Positions 39,474 to 52,914 of a stretch of 64,000 bases of DNA are shown here, in pieces. Each line of letters opens with the position of its first letter. Within the stretch, counting starts at the first letter, position 1. Source of the DNA: Malacoraja senta (Eukaryota); NCBI GenBank assembly GCA_038087875.1, contig CM075989.1:24988001-25052000 (forward strand). The letters run 5' to 3'. Below the pieces are notes generated by a model. The model saw only the letters and a list, made by a program, of their open reading frames with translations, did not search any database and was not told where the DNA came from. The position numbers and the translations under genes were made by a program.

Positions 39474-42394
39474 GAGGGGGAGTTGTGTGTGGGTGGGAGG
39501 AGGGGTATGGGGGGAGGGGTGTGTGGGGGTTGTGTAGGGAAGGGGTGTGTCTGGGGGAGGGATGTGTGTGTGTGGGGGGGAGGGGAGGGGCAGAGGGAGG
39601 GTGGTGGGCAGCGAGCGTTGTGGAGCCGGAGAGGGGGGTCTATGGGCGAGGGGGTGGTGTGTGGGGGAGGGATGGGGAAGGGGGTGCGGCGGGAGGGCGG
39701 AGAGGGGAGGTGTGAGGGTGTGTGTGGGGGGGAGGGGATGGAGGATGGGCAGCGAGCATTGTGAAGGGGAGGGTGTGTAAGGGAGAGGTATGTGTGTGGG
39801 GGGAGGGTTCTGTGGGTGGGGTGTGTGTGGGTTGGAGGAGGGGTGTGGGTGTGTGGGGGAGGGTGTCTATGGGCGGGGGGGAGAGGGGGGAGGGTGTATT
39901 TCTTGCTGTAGATTAACAAGCCTGTAATTGCAACAACACAAAAATGCATTAATTTACATTTCAATAAATTTATACTCACGATACTACTGTAAACATGTCT
40001 GTAATGCAACCAAAGACTCAGTCCATAGTTCTTCACAGTTCATAGATGTGGTTTGTGTCGGGCAGTGTTCAAAAGCCTGATGGTTGCTGGGAAGAAGCTG
40101 TTCCTGAACCTGGAGGTCACGTTTTTGGGGCTTCTGAACAAAATAATGGGAGCGTAGTGCAATGAAACACAGATAACTAATAATATAATAATACAGGAAA
40201 TTAATAAATGAATGCTAGTGTAAAAAATATCTGTCGGGCAGCAAAAGACACAGTCCATAATATTTCATTGTTGTGGTTCATGTTGTGCAGTGTTCGATGA
40301 GGCTTGTAATTGCTGGGAAGAAGCTGCTCTTAAACATGGAGATAAGTTTCCCTGTTTCTGTTGGCTTTTCACACTGGTATGGTGGTGTGGGTCCTTGATA
40401 TTAGCTGCCTTTTGCAGGTAGCATCTCCTGCAGATCCCTTTGATGGTGAAGAGATCATCACCTGTGACGGACTGAGCAGTTTCTGCGTAACACACGCGTC
40501 ACACCAACATCGTCACACTACAAGAACAAGGGAGTGCACCAACTACAGGGACATCTCACTACTGAGTGTTACAGGAAAGGCCTTTGCCAGAGTGATCCTG
40601 CAAAGACTGCACAGACTCGCTGACTTGAGGCACAATGCGGTTTCTATGGAGGTAGATCCACAATGTACATGATCTTCTCCCTGCGTCAAATCCAAGGAAA
40701 ATGTCAAGAGCAGCAAACCCCATGTTCATCGCCTTTGTGGATGTTACGAAAGCTTAGAGGTGATCATAAGTTTTGTGTGTGATTGCATTGATGTGCTGGA
40801 CCCAGGACAGATCTTCAGAGATATGGACAACCAGGAACTTGCAACATAACATTCTCCACCACTGTCCCATGAATGAAGACAAGTTTGTGGATCATCGGCT
40901 TTCCCCTCCTGAGGTCATCGACCATCTGTCATGTTTCCTGTGATTGACCAGAGGAGAATATCTGGACGAGATGGCCATGGACCAGGGCTGGCATGCAGAA
41001 GCTTCATCACACCTGACCCAGCTGTGTTGTTGAGGAAGATCTGGTGTCACTGGGAATGTGGAGCTGATCCTCTGTAAACTGCCCTCAGTGGAAGACCATG
41101 ATGGAGATGTGTTTTTAGAGCTCAGCTGTCAGCGAAGTTGGAACAGAAAACTGCTGGAAGAATTCAGCGGGTCAGGCAGCATCTGTGGAGGGAATGGACA
41201 TGACGATGTTTGGATCGGGACCCTTGAAGACTCCATTCTTGTCTCCATTTACCCGGTTGGATTATGATGACAGGAAATGGCCAATATTGATGATCACCGT
41301 GGACTGGAGTGACAGATGATTGAAGATCCTGACGACCCAATCTTGCTCCACGTTCTCTGCAACCTTCCACACCTGGAGCTGGAGAAGCTGTGAGGAACAA
41401 CTTGGTGGGATTTCTTGTTGCTCCAGATCTCCTCCAGTCAGTGTGAAGGGGAAAGCATGAAACATCTGCCGACTGATGTGGTCGCCAGCTGTTTGCGAGG
41501 AACTTTCCCTCCAAAGACTTGCAGGAAAATGCCACTGGGGCACATGATGAGTCAGAGCTGGATGAGTTTGACAAATTACTGAAACGGCATGGATTCTCCA
41601 GTGCAACCCCAAGAGTGATTGGAAAGCACGAAAGAAAAGCCTGAAAATGGATGTCAGGACCCCGAGTGCCGTTCGTGTACAACCATCGGATATGAAGCCA
41701 CATCGGTGGGGACTGCACCGGAATTTCTCACTTCGTCCACCAAAGGCCCTTTAAAGAGCCACTACTAGAAAGTGCTACAACCTCTTCCCCGCCCGCGTTC
41801 TCGTCTGCATTTGGGATTTCATCGTCAACATTTCCCAGTACAACTGGCAGCGATCTGTTGCACGTGACAATCCACGCCGTTTAAGAAATTTGTCAACCTC
41901 GTCTGGCTCTGACTCATCATCTGCCCCAGTAGCATTTTCCTGCAAGTCTTCGGAGGGAAAGATCCTCGCAAACAGCTGGCAAACAGATCTGAAGAGACGG
42001 CCACAGACCAGGAGTGGCACGCTGAAGCTTCATCACACCTGACCCTGCTGTGTTGCTGAGGGAACCTCCCGGTGAGCGCCGCGCAGCTGTGCTGGAGCCG
42101 ACTCGACCACCGCATGGAGCCGGTCAAGACCAGACTCGGCCAGCGGTGGCCGCGAGCAAGGACGAACCTCGTGGCCGAAGTGTCTGCCGTGAACAAGTGT
42201 CAAGGACGGGCCCGTGGTGAGTGCCGGAGGTCGGTCGAGGACGTGCCGCCGAGAAGAAAGAGGAACCATCGGGACCACAATGGTCATTCAACACCTCAAC
42301 AGAAGGACTTCAGGGGCTGATGGACAGACTGTCTCAAGCTCGCAACAAAGACCGACTGACAATCATCAGAGAGAGGGTGGTGTCCCTCAACACA

Positions 42395-43420
42395 TGCGTA
42401 ACACCAACATCGTCACACTGTACAAGGACAAGGGAGATCACAGCGAGTGCACCAACTACAGGGACATCTCACTTCTGAATGTTACAGGAAAGGCCTTTGC
42501 CAGAGTGATCCTGCAAAGATGGCACAGACTCGTTGACCTGAGGCACAATGCGGTTTCCATGGAGATAGATCCACAATGGACATGATCTTCTCCCTGCGTC
42601 AAATCCAAGAAAACTGTCAAGAGCAACAAATCCCATTGTTCATCGCCTTTGTGGATGTTACTAAAGCTTTTGAATCTGTCAGCAGACACGGCCTCTACCA
42701 GCTACTGGAGAAGATTAGATGTCCACCAAGTCTTCTAAACCTCACTTGGTCCTTCCATGAGAACATGCATCTACAGTGGAAATTGATGAAGCTACATCGG
42801 ACAGTTTCCGCATGAGAAGTGGAGTGAAGGAAGGCTGTGACCCAACTCCCAATCTGTTCGGCATCTTCCGATCTGCCCCTTTGCCCTTTGCCTTCCCAAC
42901 AGACACGGAAGACGTGTATCTTCAAACCGGAAGTGATGGGATGCTCTTCAATGTGGCAATGTTGAAAGCCAAGACGAAGATGAGAAGTGCTTATGAGGGA
43001 ACTGCAGCCCACTGATGATGCAGCACTCAGTTCCACAAAAGAAGAATGACTTCAGGGGCTGATGGACAGACTATCTCATGCTTGCACCAAAGACCGACTG
43101 GCAATCAGCGTTAAGACAATTGTTGTTATGGGTCAGGGCACTCCACTCCCCTCTGAAATCACCATAAACACCACTCTGCTGGAAAATGTCTTAAATTCAC
43201 CAACCTAGGATCTACGGTGACTGACAGCCACTCTCTGGATGAGGAAACGAATTCACATACAGTAAACCACCTTCCCATACAGCACCCACCTTGGACATGG
43301 AAGAACAGGAAACTCACAATGAAGACCAAGGTAACTGTCTACAACGCGTGAGTGTTGAACACGTTACTGTACAGCAGTGAAGCTTGGGCGACTTACCTAC
43401 ATCAAGAACGGTAAAGGAAT
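42395..43420 (+). mobile_element. RTE/BovB-like LINE RT fragment (frameshifted)
   Basis: NIVTLYKDKGDHSECTNYRDISLLNVTGKAFARVIL and DMIFSLRQIQENCQEQQIPLFIAFVDVTKAF. Confidence 0.85.
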
Positions 43421-43534
43421 GGGAGAGAACCAAGAGAGGACACGGCAGTGGGCAGCCTAGGACGGGCCCGCGGTGGGTGCCGGAGGTCGGTCGAGGAGTG
43501 ATGTGGAGAACAAAATGGGACCCACGTCGAAACC

Positions 43535-43975
43535 AGGACAGATCTTCAGAGATATGAACGCCCAGGAACATGAAGCAGGATCTTGGAACATAACTTTCTC
43601 CACCACTGTCCCATCAATGAAGTCAAGTTTGTGGATCTGCGGTTTTCTCCTGAGGTCAACAAATAGCTCTGTGGTCCTGCGGACATTGAGAACAAAACGT
43701 CTTCACTGGCAACATTCCCTCAGAGTATCAATCTCTCTCCTGTACTCTGACTCGTCATTACCCATCATTTGTCCAACAACGGTGGTATCGTCGGTGAAAT
43801 TTAACGACGGCATTGGAATGGTCTGGCTGTGCAGTCCTGGTCATAGAGCAGGGAACTGATCACACAGCCCTGAGCTGGTCCTGTGTTGGTTATAGAGGAG
43901 GAGGTGTTGCCCGTTTGTGCTGATTGTGGTCTGCTGATGAGGAAATTGAAGATCCAGATGTATCGGATTGAGCAG
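43535..43975 (-). mobile_element. Rex1/Babar-like RT fragment
   Basis: Duplicate of 54065-54505; FLGVHISEDLSW motif. Confidence 0.75.
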
Positions 43976-44920
43976 AGGAGATGTGTGAGGCAAGTTTTGT
44001 TTTAACAGCGACAGTCGTGAATGTCTGGAATCCACTGCATGGAAGAACAGGAAACTCACAATGAAAACCAAGATAACTGTCTACAAAGCGTGCGTGTTGA
44101 AAACGTTAGTGTACAGCAGTGAAGTTTGGACCACTAACCTACATCAGGAACGGTAAATGAATAATTTTCATTTCTGCTGTCGACGTCACATCCTGGGAGT
44201 GTCTCGGTTGGACAAAACCACCTTTGAATCTGTCCTCTACCTGACCAACATGTGACCCTCAAACAGAAGTGTCTCCGCTGGCTTGGACATGTCCACAGGA
44301 TGGGAAATGGACACATCCCCAGAGATGTGCTGTACAGGGGAGGTCACCAATGCATGGTGGTGGAGGCCAATACCAGAGTGGCATTTCAGTGATATTGCGT
44401 ATGTGTATGGAGGGACATGGAATGTGTGCTGGTGACTATGAGTTCGTTTTGGAATTAAGTCTGGCATATTATTTAATTTTTTTTATGCTGCATCTTAAAT
44501 GGCCTGTAAATTCAACAACACGCTGATAAAGTGTTCAGTATTATTAATTAAATGCTACTGTAGAACATTGTCCACAATGCAACCAAAGACGCAGTCCATA
44601 ATATCTCGTAGTTGTGGTGAGTGTCTGGAATACACTATGGGGTGGGGTGGTGGTTCAGGCAGGCACAATAGTGGCATTTCAGCAACTTTTTGGATACATA
44701 TATGGATACACAGGGAAAAGAGGAATATTGAATTTGTGCAGTTGGTCTTGGCATTATGTTTAGCACAAACATTGTGGGCCGAAGGGCCTGTCCTTTTACT
44801 GTTCTGTTCTAATTATTTAATTGTCATTTGTACAGGCAACAATTTAAATTATTTCTTGCTGTAGATTAACAAACCTTTAAATGCAACAACACAAAAATGT
44901 CTCCCAAGTGGGACAGGCCC

Positions 44921-46240
44921 TTAACAGGATCGGTCCGAGTCAGCATGGATTTACAAAGAGGAAATCATGTTTAACTAATTTTCTGGAATTTTTTGAGGAT
45001 GTAACTAGGAAAATGGACAAGGGAGAGCCAGTCGATGTAATGTACCTGGACTTTCAGAAAGCATTTGATAAGGTCCCACGTAGGAGATTAGTGGGCAAAA
45101 TTGGGGCACATGGTATTGGGGGTAGAGTGCTGACCTGGATGGAAAATTGGTTTCCATGAACTGTATGCCAACCAATAGAAAATTGGTTGGCAGACAGGAA
45201 ACAGAGTAAGGATTAACGGGTCCCTTTCAGAATGGCAGGCAGCGACTAATGGGGTACCGCAAGACTTGGTGCTGGGACCGCAGCTATTTACAATATATAT
45301 TAATGATTTAGGTGAAGGGATTACAAGTAACATTAGCAAATTTGCATATGACACAAAGCTGGGTGGCAGTGTGAACTGTGAGGAGGATGCTATGAGAATG
45401 CAGGGTGACTTGGACAGGTTGGGCGAGTGGGCAGATGCAGTTTAAAGTGGATAAATGTGAGGTTATCCACTTTGTTAGCAAAAACAGGAAGACAGAGTAT
45501 TATCTAGGTGTCAAGGTGGGAAAAGGGGAAGTACAATGGGATCTGGGGGTCCTTGTTCATCAGTCAATGAAAGTAAGCATGCAGGTAAAGCAGGCAGTGA
45601 AGAAAGCGAATGGCATGTTGGCATTCATAACAGGAGGAGTTGTGTAAAGGAGTAAAGAGGTCCTTCTGCAGTTGTACAGGGCCCCAGTGAGACCACACCT
45701 GTAGTATTGTGTGCAGTTTTGGTCTCCAAATTTGAGGAACGCCATTCTTGCTATTGAGGTGTGCAGCGTAGGTTCACAAGGCTTATTCCCATGATGGCGG
45801 GATTGTCATATGCTGAGAGAATGGAGCGGTTGGGCTTGTATACTCTGCAATTTAGAAAGATGAGAGGGGATCTTATTGAAACATATAAGATTATTAAGGG
45901 TTTGGGCACTCTAGAGATGGGAAACGTTCCCGATGTTGGGGGAGTCCTGAACCAGGGGCCACAGTTTAAGAATAAGGAGAAAGCCATTTAGAACGGAGAT
46001 GAGGAAACACTTTTTCACACCGATGGTTGTGAGTCTGTGGAATTCTCTGCCTCAGGTGGAGTCGGGTTCTCTGGATGCTTTCAAGAGAGAGCTAGATAGG
46101 GCTCTTAAATATAGCAGAGTCAGGGGATATGGGGAGATGGCAGGAACGGGGTACTGATTGTGGATGATCAACCATGATCACATTAAATGGCAGTGCTGGC
46201 TCGAAGGGCCGAATGGCCTACTCCTGCACCTATTGCCTAT
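44921..46240 (+). mobile_element. CR1 (HER1-like) LINE, 3' half including 3' UTR, degenerate
   Basis: SQHGFTKRKSCLTNFLEFFEDVT, YLDFQKAFDKVP, QRRFTRLIP, MRGDLIETYKI; tail tggcctactcctgcacctattg. Confidence 0.92.
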
Positions 46241-46639
46241 TGAAGCAAGGTTGTGTCCCAGCTCCCATGCTGTTCGGCATCTTTCTATCTGCCCTCTGTC
46301 CTTTGTCTTCACGACTCACACAGAAGGAGCGTACCTTCACACTAGAAGCGACAGGAACCTCTTCATTCTAGCAACGCTGAAAGCCAAGACCAAGGTAAGA
46401 ACTGTGCTTATAAATGTCCAATGGTTCTTTATTAGTCATATTTACCGAGCTAAAGTGAAATTCATTTCTGTATACAGTTTAATACATGAATCACCATACA
46501 TAATCACTATGACAAATCTTAAATAAGCATCTCGGCTACGGTACAAGTGTATAACAGTAGTAGATTGAGATAGTAGACAGAGAGGCCAGGTTTGGTGCCA
46601 TTATTCAAGTCTCAGTTTGTAAGTGCAGGGTTCTTGTGT

Positions 46640-47055
46640 TGGCGGGGTGTGTGGGGGGGGGTTAGGGGGGCAGCGAGAGTTGTGGAGCCTGAGAGGGGTT
46701 GCATGTGGGGGAGGGGGTGCGGGGGAGGGAGAGGGGGTGTGTGTGTGGTGGGCGAGGGGAGGGAGGGGGGCAGAGAGCGTTCTGGAGCCGGAGAGGGGGG
46801 GTGTAGGCGGGGTTCAAGGGGGTGTAGGCGGGGGGGAGGGGTTGTTCGCGGGGTGTGTGTGTGGGGGGGAACATTGTGGGGACGGGGGGTGTGGGGGAGG
46901 GAGGTGGGGGTGTTGGGGAGGTATGTGTGTGGGCGGGGGGTGTGTGTGGGAGGAGGGAGATGGGAGGGTGGGGGAGGTATGTGTGGGGATGGATGTAGGG
47001 GAGAGGGGTGTGGGCAGGGGTGTGTGTATGGGAGAGGGGGTGTGGGGGAGGGGGT
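46640..47055. repeat. G-rich low-complexity tract (related tracts at ~39475-39900 and ~49972-50430)
   Basis: Dense G-runs with a recurring gggcagcgagcgttgtgga-like motif. Confidence 0.85.
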
Positions 47056-48056
47056 AAAGGAACTGAATGTAAAGGAGCCATTAGGTGGTAGTGACCATAA
47101 TATGATAAGTTTTAATCTACAATTGGAGAGGGAGAAGGGTAAATCGGAGGTGTCAGTATTACAGTTGAACAAAGGGGACTATGGAGCCATGAGGGAGGAG
47201 CTGGCCAAAGTTGACTGGAAAGATACCTTAGCAGGGATGACAGTGGAACAACAATGGCAGGTATTTCTGGGAATAATACAGAAGGTGCAGGAGCAGTTCA
47301 TTCCAAATAGGAAGAACGATTCCAAAGGGAGTAAGGGGCGACCGTGGCTGACAAGGGAAGTCATGGACAGTATAAAAATACAAGAAAAGTATAGCAGCAA
47401 AGATGAGCAGGAAGCCAGAGGATTGGGTAACGTTTAAAGAGCAACAGAAGATAACTTAAAAAGGCAATACGGGGAGAAAAGATGAGGTACGAAGGTAAGC
47501 TAGCCAAGAATATAAAGGAGGATAGTAAAAGCTTCTTTAGGTATGTGTGGAGGAAAAAAATAGTTAAGACCAAAGTTGGACCCTTGAAGACTGAAAAGGG
47601 TAAATTTATTATGGGGAACAAGGAAATGGCAGATGAGTTGGACAGGTACTTTGGATCCGTCTTCACCAGGGAAGACACAAACAATCTTCCTGATGTAGTA
47701 GAGGCCAGAGGACCTGGGGTGACGGAGGAACTGAAGGAAATCCACATTAGGCATGAAATGGCGTTGGGTAAATTGATGGGACTGAAGGCTGATAAATCCC
47801 CAGAGCCTGATGGTCTGCATCCCAGGGTACTTAAGGAAGTGGCTATAGAAATTGTGGACGCATTGTTGATAATTTTCCAATGTTCTATAGATTCAGGATC
47901 AGTTCCTGTGGATTGGAGGGTTGCTAATGTTATTCCACTTCCAAAGACGGGAGAGAGAAAATGGAATTATAGACCAGTTAGCCTGACATCGGTGGTGGGG
48001 AAGATGCTGGAGTCAATTATAAAAGATGAAATAGCGGCACATTTGGATAACAGTAC
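47055..48056 (+). mobile_element. CR1 LINE ORF2 (endonuclease end to RT start), 5' of the MITE insertion
   Basis: VKEPLGGSDHNMISF, KSPEPDGLHPRVLKE, DWRVANVIPL, NYRPVSLTSVVGKMLE. Confidence 0.92.
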
Positions 48057-49406
48057 AGGGCCTGTCCCACTTTGCGATTTTTTCTGGCGAGATGCGAGCG
48101 TCAGTGACTGACGCCCGTAAAACCGTCAAGTTGTACGACATACACGCTGACGTATGCTGTCCTGCAGGTGACGCCCGGTTAGGGTTATGGCTAGGGACCA
48201 CAGATGGGCTGTAAAATATTATTCCTTCAATCCATGGATGTTAAACATTATATTAAAATTAATACAATAAAATCAATTGTACAAATGAAAAGATGTTAGT
48301 CGTTCAGTTTTATTTACAGATGTATTGGTCCGCTTCCAGATCCAATCACCGTCTCTAACTTTTCACAGGGATGGATTCAGTGAGTGTAGACTGAACTCCC
48401 CTCTCCCCTCCACTCCCCTCTCCCCCCCTCCCAGCCCATCCCTCCTTCTCCACTACCCCCCTACCCTTCTCCCCTCCCCTTTCCCCTCCTTCTTCCCTTC
48501 CCCCCTCTTCCTCCCTTCTCCCTGCTCCACTCTTCTCCCCCTTCTCCACTCCCACCCTTTTCCCTCACATCCCCTTCTCCCCCTCTCCCTTCTCCCATTC
48601 CTCAACCCCTACCCCCCACCACATTCACCGATGCCCGTATTTGTGGACCCGGCCTGTGACCAGCGAATACCCGCAAACTATCCCACACGCTAGGGACAAT
48701 TTATACAAGTCCTAACCCTAAACCTAACAATAACCCTAACCCTAACACTAACACTAACCATAACCCTAACTCCAGGTTGATAGGCTTGGTATAAGTATAA
48801 GTTGTCCCTAGCATGTGTGGGATAGTGTGCGCGGGATCGCTGGTCAGTGCAGACTCGGTGGGCCGAAGGGCACTGTATCTCTGAACTGAATGTGACACAG
48901 GGGCCCCAGGGCTTGGACTTGAACCCCCAATGTTCTGCCTGCTCCTCATGGGAACTAAACTGTTGGCCACGAGTTGTCCCAGAGGGCAGATCTCTCTTCC
49001 AATGGTCTTTCCAAACCCCCAGAGGCAGCGGGCTTTCCATGTACATCTGTAAATACATCTGAAAATAAAACTGAACGACTCAGACATCTTTTCATTTGCA
49101 CAATTGATTTTATTGTATTCATTTTAATATATTAATGTTTAAAATCCATTCATTGAAGGAAGAATATTTTACAGCCCATCTGTGGTCCCCAACCCCAACC
49201 CCAACCCTAACCCTAAATTGGCGTCACCTGCAGGACAGCATACGTCAGCGTGTGACAGGGCGCACGACATGATGAGACACCCAGATGTCGCCCCTGGATT
49301 TTGAACATTCCAAAATCCAGGGGCGACAGGGAGTCACCGCGCATCACGACGCAACAACCTCTATTCAGGCTGTCGCCAAAAATGTCGCCCAAGTGGGACT
49401 GGCCCT
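48057..49406. mobile_element. Harbinger-type MITE with nested inserts, interrupting a CR1 ORF2
   Basis: TIR agggcctgtcccactt / aagtgggactggccct. Flanks tac/taa (degenerate TAA TSD). The CR1 frame ...HLDNS|NRIG.SQHGF rejoins across it. Confidence 0.8.
48179..49215. mobile_element. Nested long-TIR element with telomere-like ends
   Basis: ~130-bp imperfect inverted repeats (~48195-48326 / ~49052-49190), flanked by ttagggttatggctaggg and ccccaaccctaaccctaa. Confidence 0.65.
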
Positions 49407-49972
49407 TAACAGGATCGGTCTGAGTCAGCATGGATTTATGAAGGGGAAATCATGCTTAACGAATCTTCTGGAATTGTTTGAGGATGTAACTAGGAAAATG
49501 GGAAGAGAGAGCCAGTCGATGTAATGTACCTGGACTTTCAGAAAGCATTTGATAAGGTCCCACATAGGAGATTAGTGGGCAAAATTGGGGCACATGGTAT
49601 TGGGGGTAGAGTGCTGACATGGATGGAAAATTGGTTGCCAGACAGGAAACAAAGAGTAGGGATTAACGGGTCCCTTTCAGAATGGCAGGAAGTGACTAGT
49701 AGGGTGCCGCAAGACTTGGTGCTGGGACCGCAGCTATTTACAATATATATTGATGATTTAGGTGAAGGGATTACAAGTAACATTAGCAAATTTGCAGATG
49801 ACACAAAGCTGGGTGGCAGTGTGAACTGTGAGGAGGATGCTATGAGAATGCAGGGTGACTTGGACAGGTTGGGCGAGTGGGCAGATGAATGGCAGATGCA
49901 GTTTAATGCGGATAAATGTGAGGTTATCCACTTTGGTAGCAAAAACAGGAAGGCAGATTATTATCTAAATGA
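49407..49972 (+). mobile_element. CR1 LINE ORF2 continuation, 3' of the MITE insertion
   Basis: YLDFQKAFDKVPH...FADDTKLGG. Confidence 0.92.
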
Positions 49973-52914
49973 GGGGGAGTTGTGTGTGGGTGGGAGGAGG
50001 GGTATGTGGGGGCTGGGGGTTGTGGGGGAAGGGTTGTGTAGGGAAGGTGTGTGTCTGGGGGAGGGATGTGTGTGTGTGTGGGGGGGGGTGAGGGGAGGGC
50101 AGAGGAAGGGTGGTGGGCAGCGAGCGTTGTGGAGAGGGGGGGGTCTATGGGCGAGGGGGGTGGTGTGTGGGGGAGGGATGGGGGGGTGGGAATGTGTGGG
50201 GTAGGGGGTGCGGCGGGAGGGCGGATGTGGGAGGGGGAGAGGGGAGGTGTGAAGGTGTGTGTGGGGGGAGGGGATGGAGCATGGGCAGCGAGCGTTGTGA
50301 AGGGGAGGGTGTGTGTGTGTAAGGGAGAGGTATGTGTGTGGGGGGAGGGTTCTGTGGGTGGGCTGTGTGTGGGTTGGGGAGGGGTGTGTGGGGGAGGGGT
50401 GTCTATGGGCGGGGGAGAGGGGGGAGGGTGTATTTCTTGCTGTAGATTAGCAAGCCTGTAATCGCAACAACACAAAAATGCATTAATTTACATTTCAATA
50501 AATTTATACTCACGATACTACTGTAAACATGTCTGTAATGCAACCAAAGACTCAGTCCATAGTTCTTCACAGTTCATAGATGTGGTTTGTGTCGGGCAGT
50601 GTTCAAGAGCCTGATGGTTGCTGGGAAGAAGCTGTTCCTGAACCTGGAGGTCACGTTTTTTTGGCTTCTGAACAAAATAATGGGAGCGTAGTGCAATGAC
50701 ACACAGATAACTAATAATATAATAATACAGGAAATTAATAAATGAATGCTAGTGTAAAAAATATCTGTCGGGCAGCAAAAGACACAGTCCATAATATCTC
50801 ATCGTTGTGGTTCATGTTGTGCAGTGTTCGATGAGGCTTGTAATTGCTGGGAAGAAGCTGCTCTTAAACATGGAGGTCAGTTTCCCTGTTTCTGTTGGCT
50901 TTTCACACTGGTATGGTGGTGTGGGTCTTTGATATTAGCTGCCTTTTGCAGGTAGCATCTCCTGCAGATCCCTTTGATGGTGAAGAGATCATCACCTGTG
51001 ACGGACTGAGCAGTTTCTGCGTAACACACGCGTAACACCAACATCGTCACACTACAAGAACAAGGGAGTGCACCAACTACAGGGACATCTCACTTCTGAG
51101 TGTTACAGGAAAGGCCTTTGCCAGAGTGATCCTGCAAAGACTGCACAGACTCGCTGACTTGAGGCACAATGCAGTTTCCATGGAGGTAGATCCACAATGG
51201 ACATGATCTTCTCCCTGCGTCAAATACAAGGAAAATGTCAAGAGCAGCAAACCCCATGTTCATCGCCTTTATGGATGTTACGAATGCTTAGAGGTGATCA
51301 TAAGTTTTGTGTGTGATTGCACTGATGTGCTGGACCCAGGACAGATCTTCAGAGATATGGACAACCAGGAACTTGCAACATAACATTCTCCACCACTGTC
51401 CCATGAATGAAGGCAAGTTTGTGGATCATCGGCTTTCCCCTCCTGAGGTCATCGACCATCTGCCATGTTTCCTGTGATTGACCAGAGGACAATATCTGAA
51501 GAGACCGCCATGGACCAGGGCTGGCATGCAGAAGCTTCATCACACCTGACCCTGCTGTGTTGTTGAGGAAGATCTGGTGTCACTGAGAATGTGGAGCTGA
51601 TCCTCTGTAAACTGCCCTCAGTGGAAGACCATGATGGAGATGTGTTTTTAGAGCTCGGCTGTCAGCGAAGTTGGAACAGAAAACTGCTGGAAGAATTCAG
51701 CGGGTCAGGCAGCATCTGTGGAGGGAATGGACATGACGATGTTTGGATCGGGACCCTTGAAGACTCCATTCTTGTCTCCATTTACCCGGTTGGATTATGA
51801 TGACAGGAAATGGCCAATATTGATGATCACCGTGGACTGGAGTGACAGATGATTGAAGATCCTGAAGACCCAATCTTGCTCCACGTTCTCTGCGACCTTC
51901 CACACCTGGAGCTGGAGAAGCTGTTGAGGAACAACTTGGTGGGATTTCTTGTTGCTCCAGATCTCCAGTCAGTGTGAAGGGGAAAGCATGAAACATCTGC
52001 CGACTGATGTGGTCGCCAGCTGTTTGCGAGGAACTTTCCCTCCAAAGACTTGCAGGAAAATGCCACTGGGGCACATGATGAGTCAGAGCTGGATGAGTTT
52101 GACAAATTACTGAAACGGCATGGATTCTCCAGTGCAACCCCAAGAGTGATTGGAAAGCACGAAAGAAAAGCCTGAAAATGGATGTCAGGACCCCGAGTGC
52201 CGTTCGTGTACAACCATCGGATATGAAGCCACATCGGTGGGGACTGCACCGGATTTTCTCACTTCGTCCACCAAAGGCCCTTTTAAGAGCCACTACTAGA
52301 AAGAGCTACAACCTCTTCCCCGCCCGCGTTCTCGTCTGTATTTGGGATTTCATCGTCAACATTTCCCAGTACAACTGGCAGCGATCTGTTGCACGTGACA
52401 ATCCACGCCGTTTAAGAAATTTGTCAACCTCGTCTGGCTCCGACTCATCATCTGCCCCAGTAGCATTTTCCTGCAAGTCTTCGGAGGGAAAGATCCTCGC
52501 AAACAGATCTGAAGAGACGACCACAGACCAGGGGTGGCACGCAGAATCTTCATCACACCTGACCCTGCTGTGTTGCTGAGGGAACCTCCCGGTGAGCGCC
52601 GCGCAGCCTGCTGGAGCCGACTCGACCACCGCATGGAGCCGGTCAAGATCAGACTCGGCCAGCGGTGGCTGCGAGCAAGGACGAACCTCGTGGCCGAAGT
52701 GTCTGCCGTGAACAAGGGTCAAGGACGGGCCCATGGTGAGTGCCGGAGGTCGGTCGAGGACGTGCCGCCGAGAAGAAAGAGGAACCATCGGGACCACATT
52801 GTTCATTCAACACCCCAACAGAAGGACTTCAGGGGCTGATGAACAGACTCTCTCAAGCTCACAACAAAGACCGACTGACAATCATCAGAGAGAGGGTGGT
52901 GTCCCTCAACACAC

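Larger units (their letters stand above)
39093..43990 (+). repeat. Local segmental duplication, copy 1
   Basis: Collinear with ~49590-54530; paired ORFs are offset by ~10,530 bp. Confidence 0.92.

Noticed and set aside
46592..48111. Long ORFs (281 aa, 209 aa, also 39114-39764 and 49524-50204) as host genes
   Set aside because: CR1 ORF2 fragments fused to G-rich low-complexity sequence; frameshifted and not autonomous.
48711..48770. Interstitial telomere marking a chromosome fusion
   Set aside because: Short, degenerate and embedded within a nested transposon.
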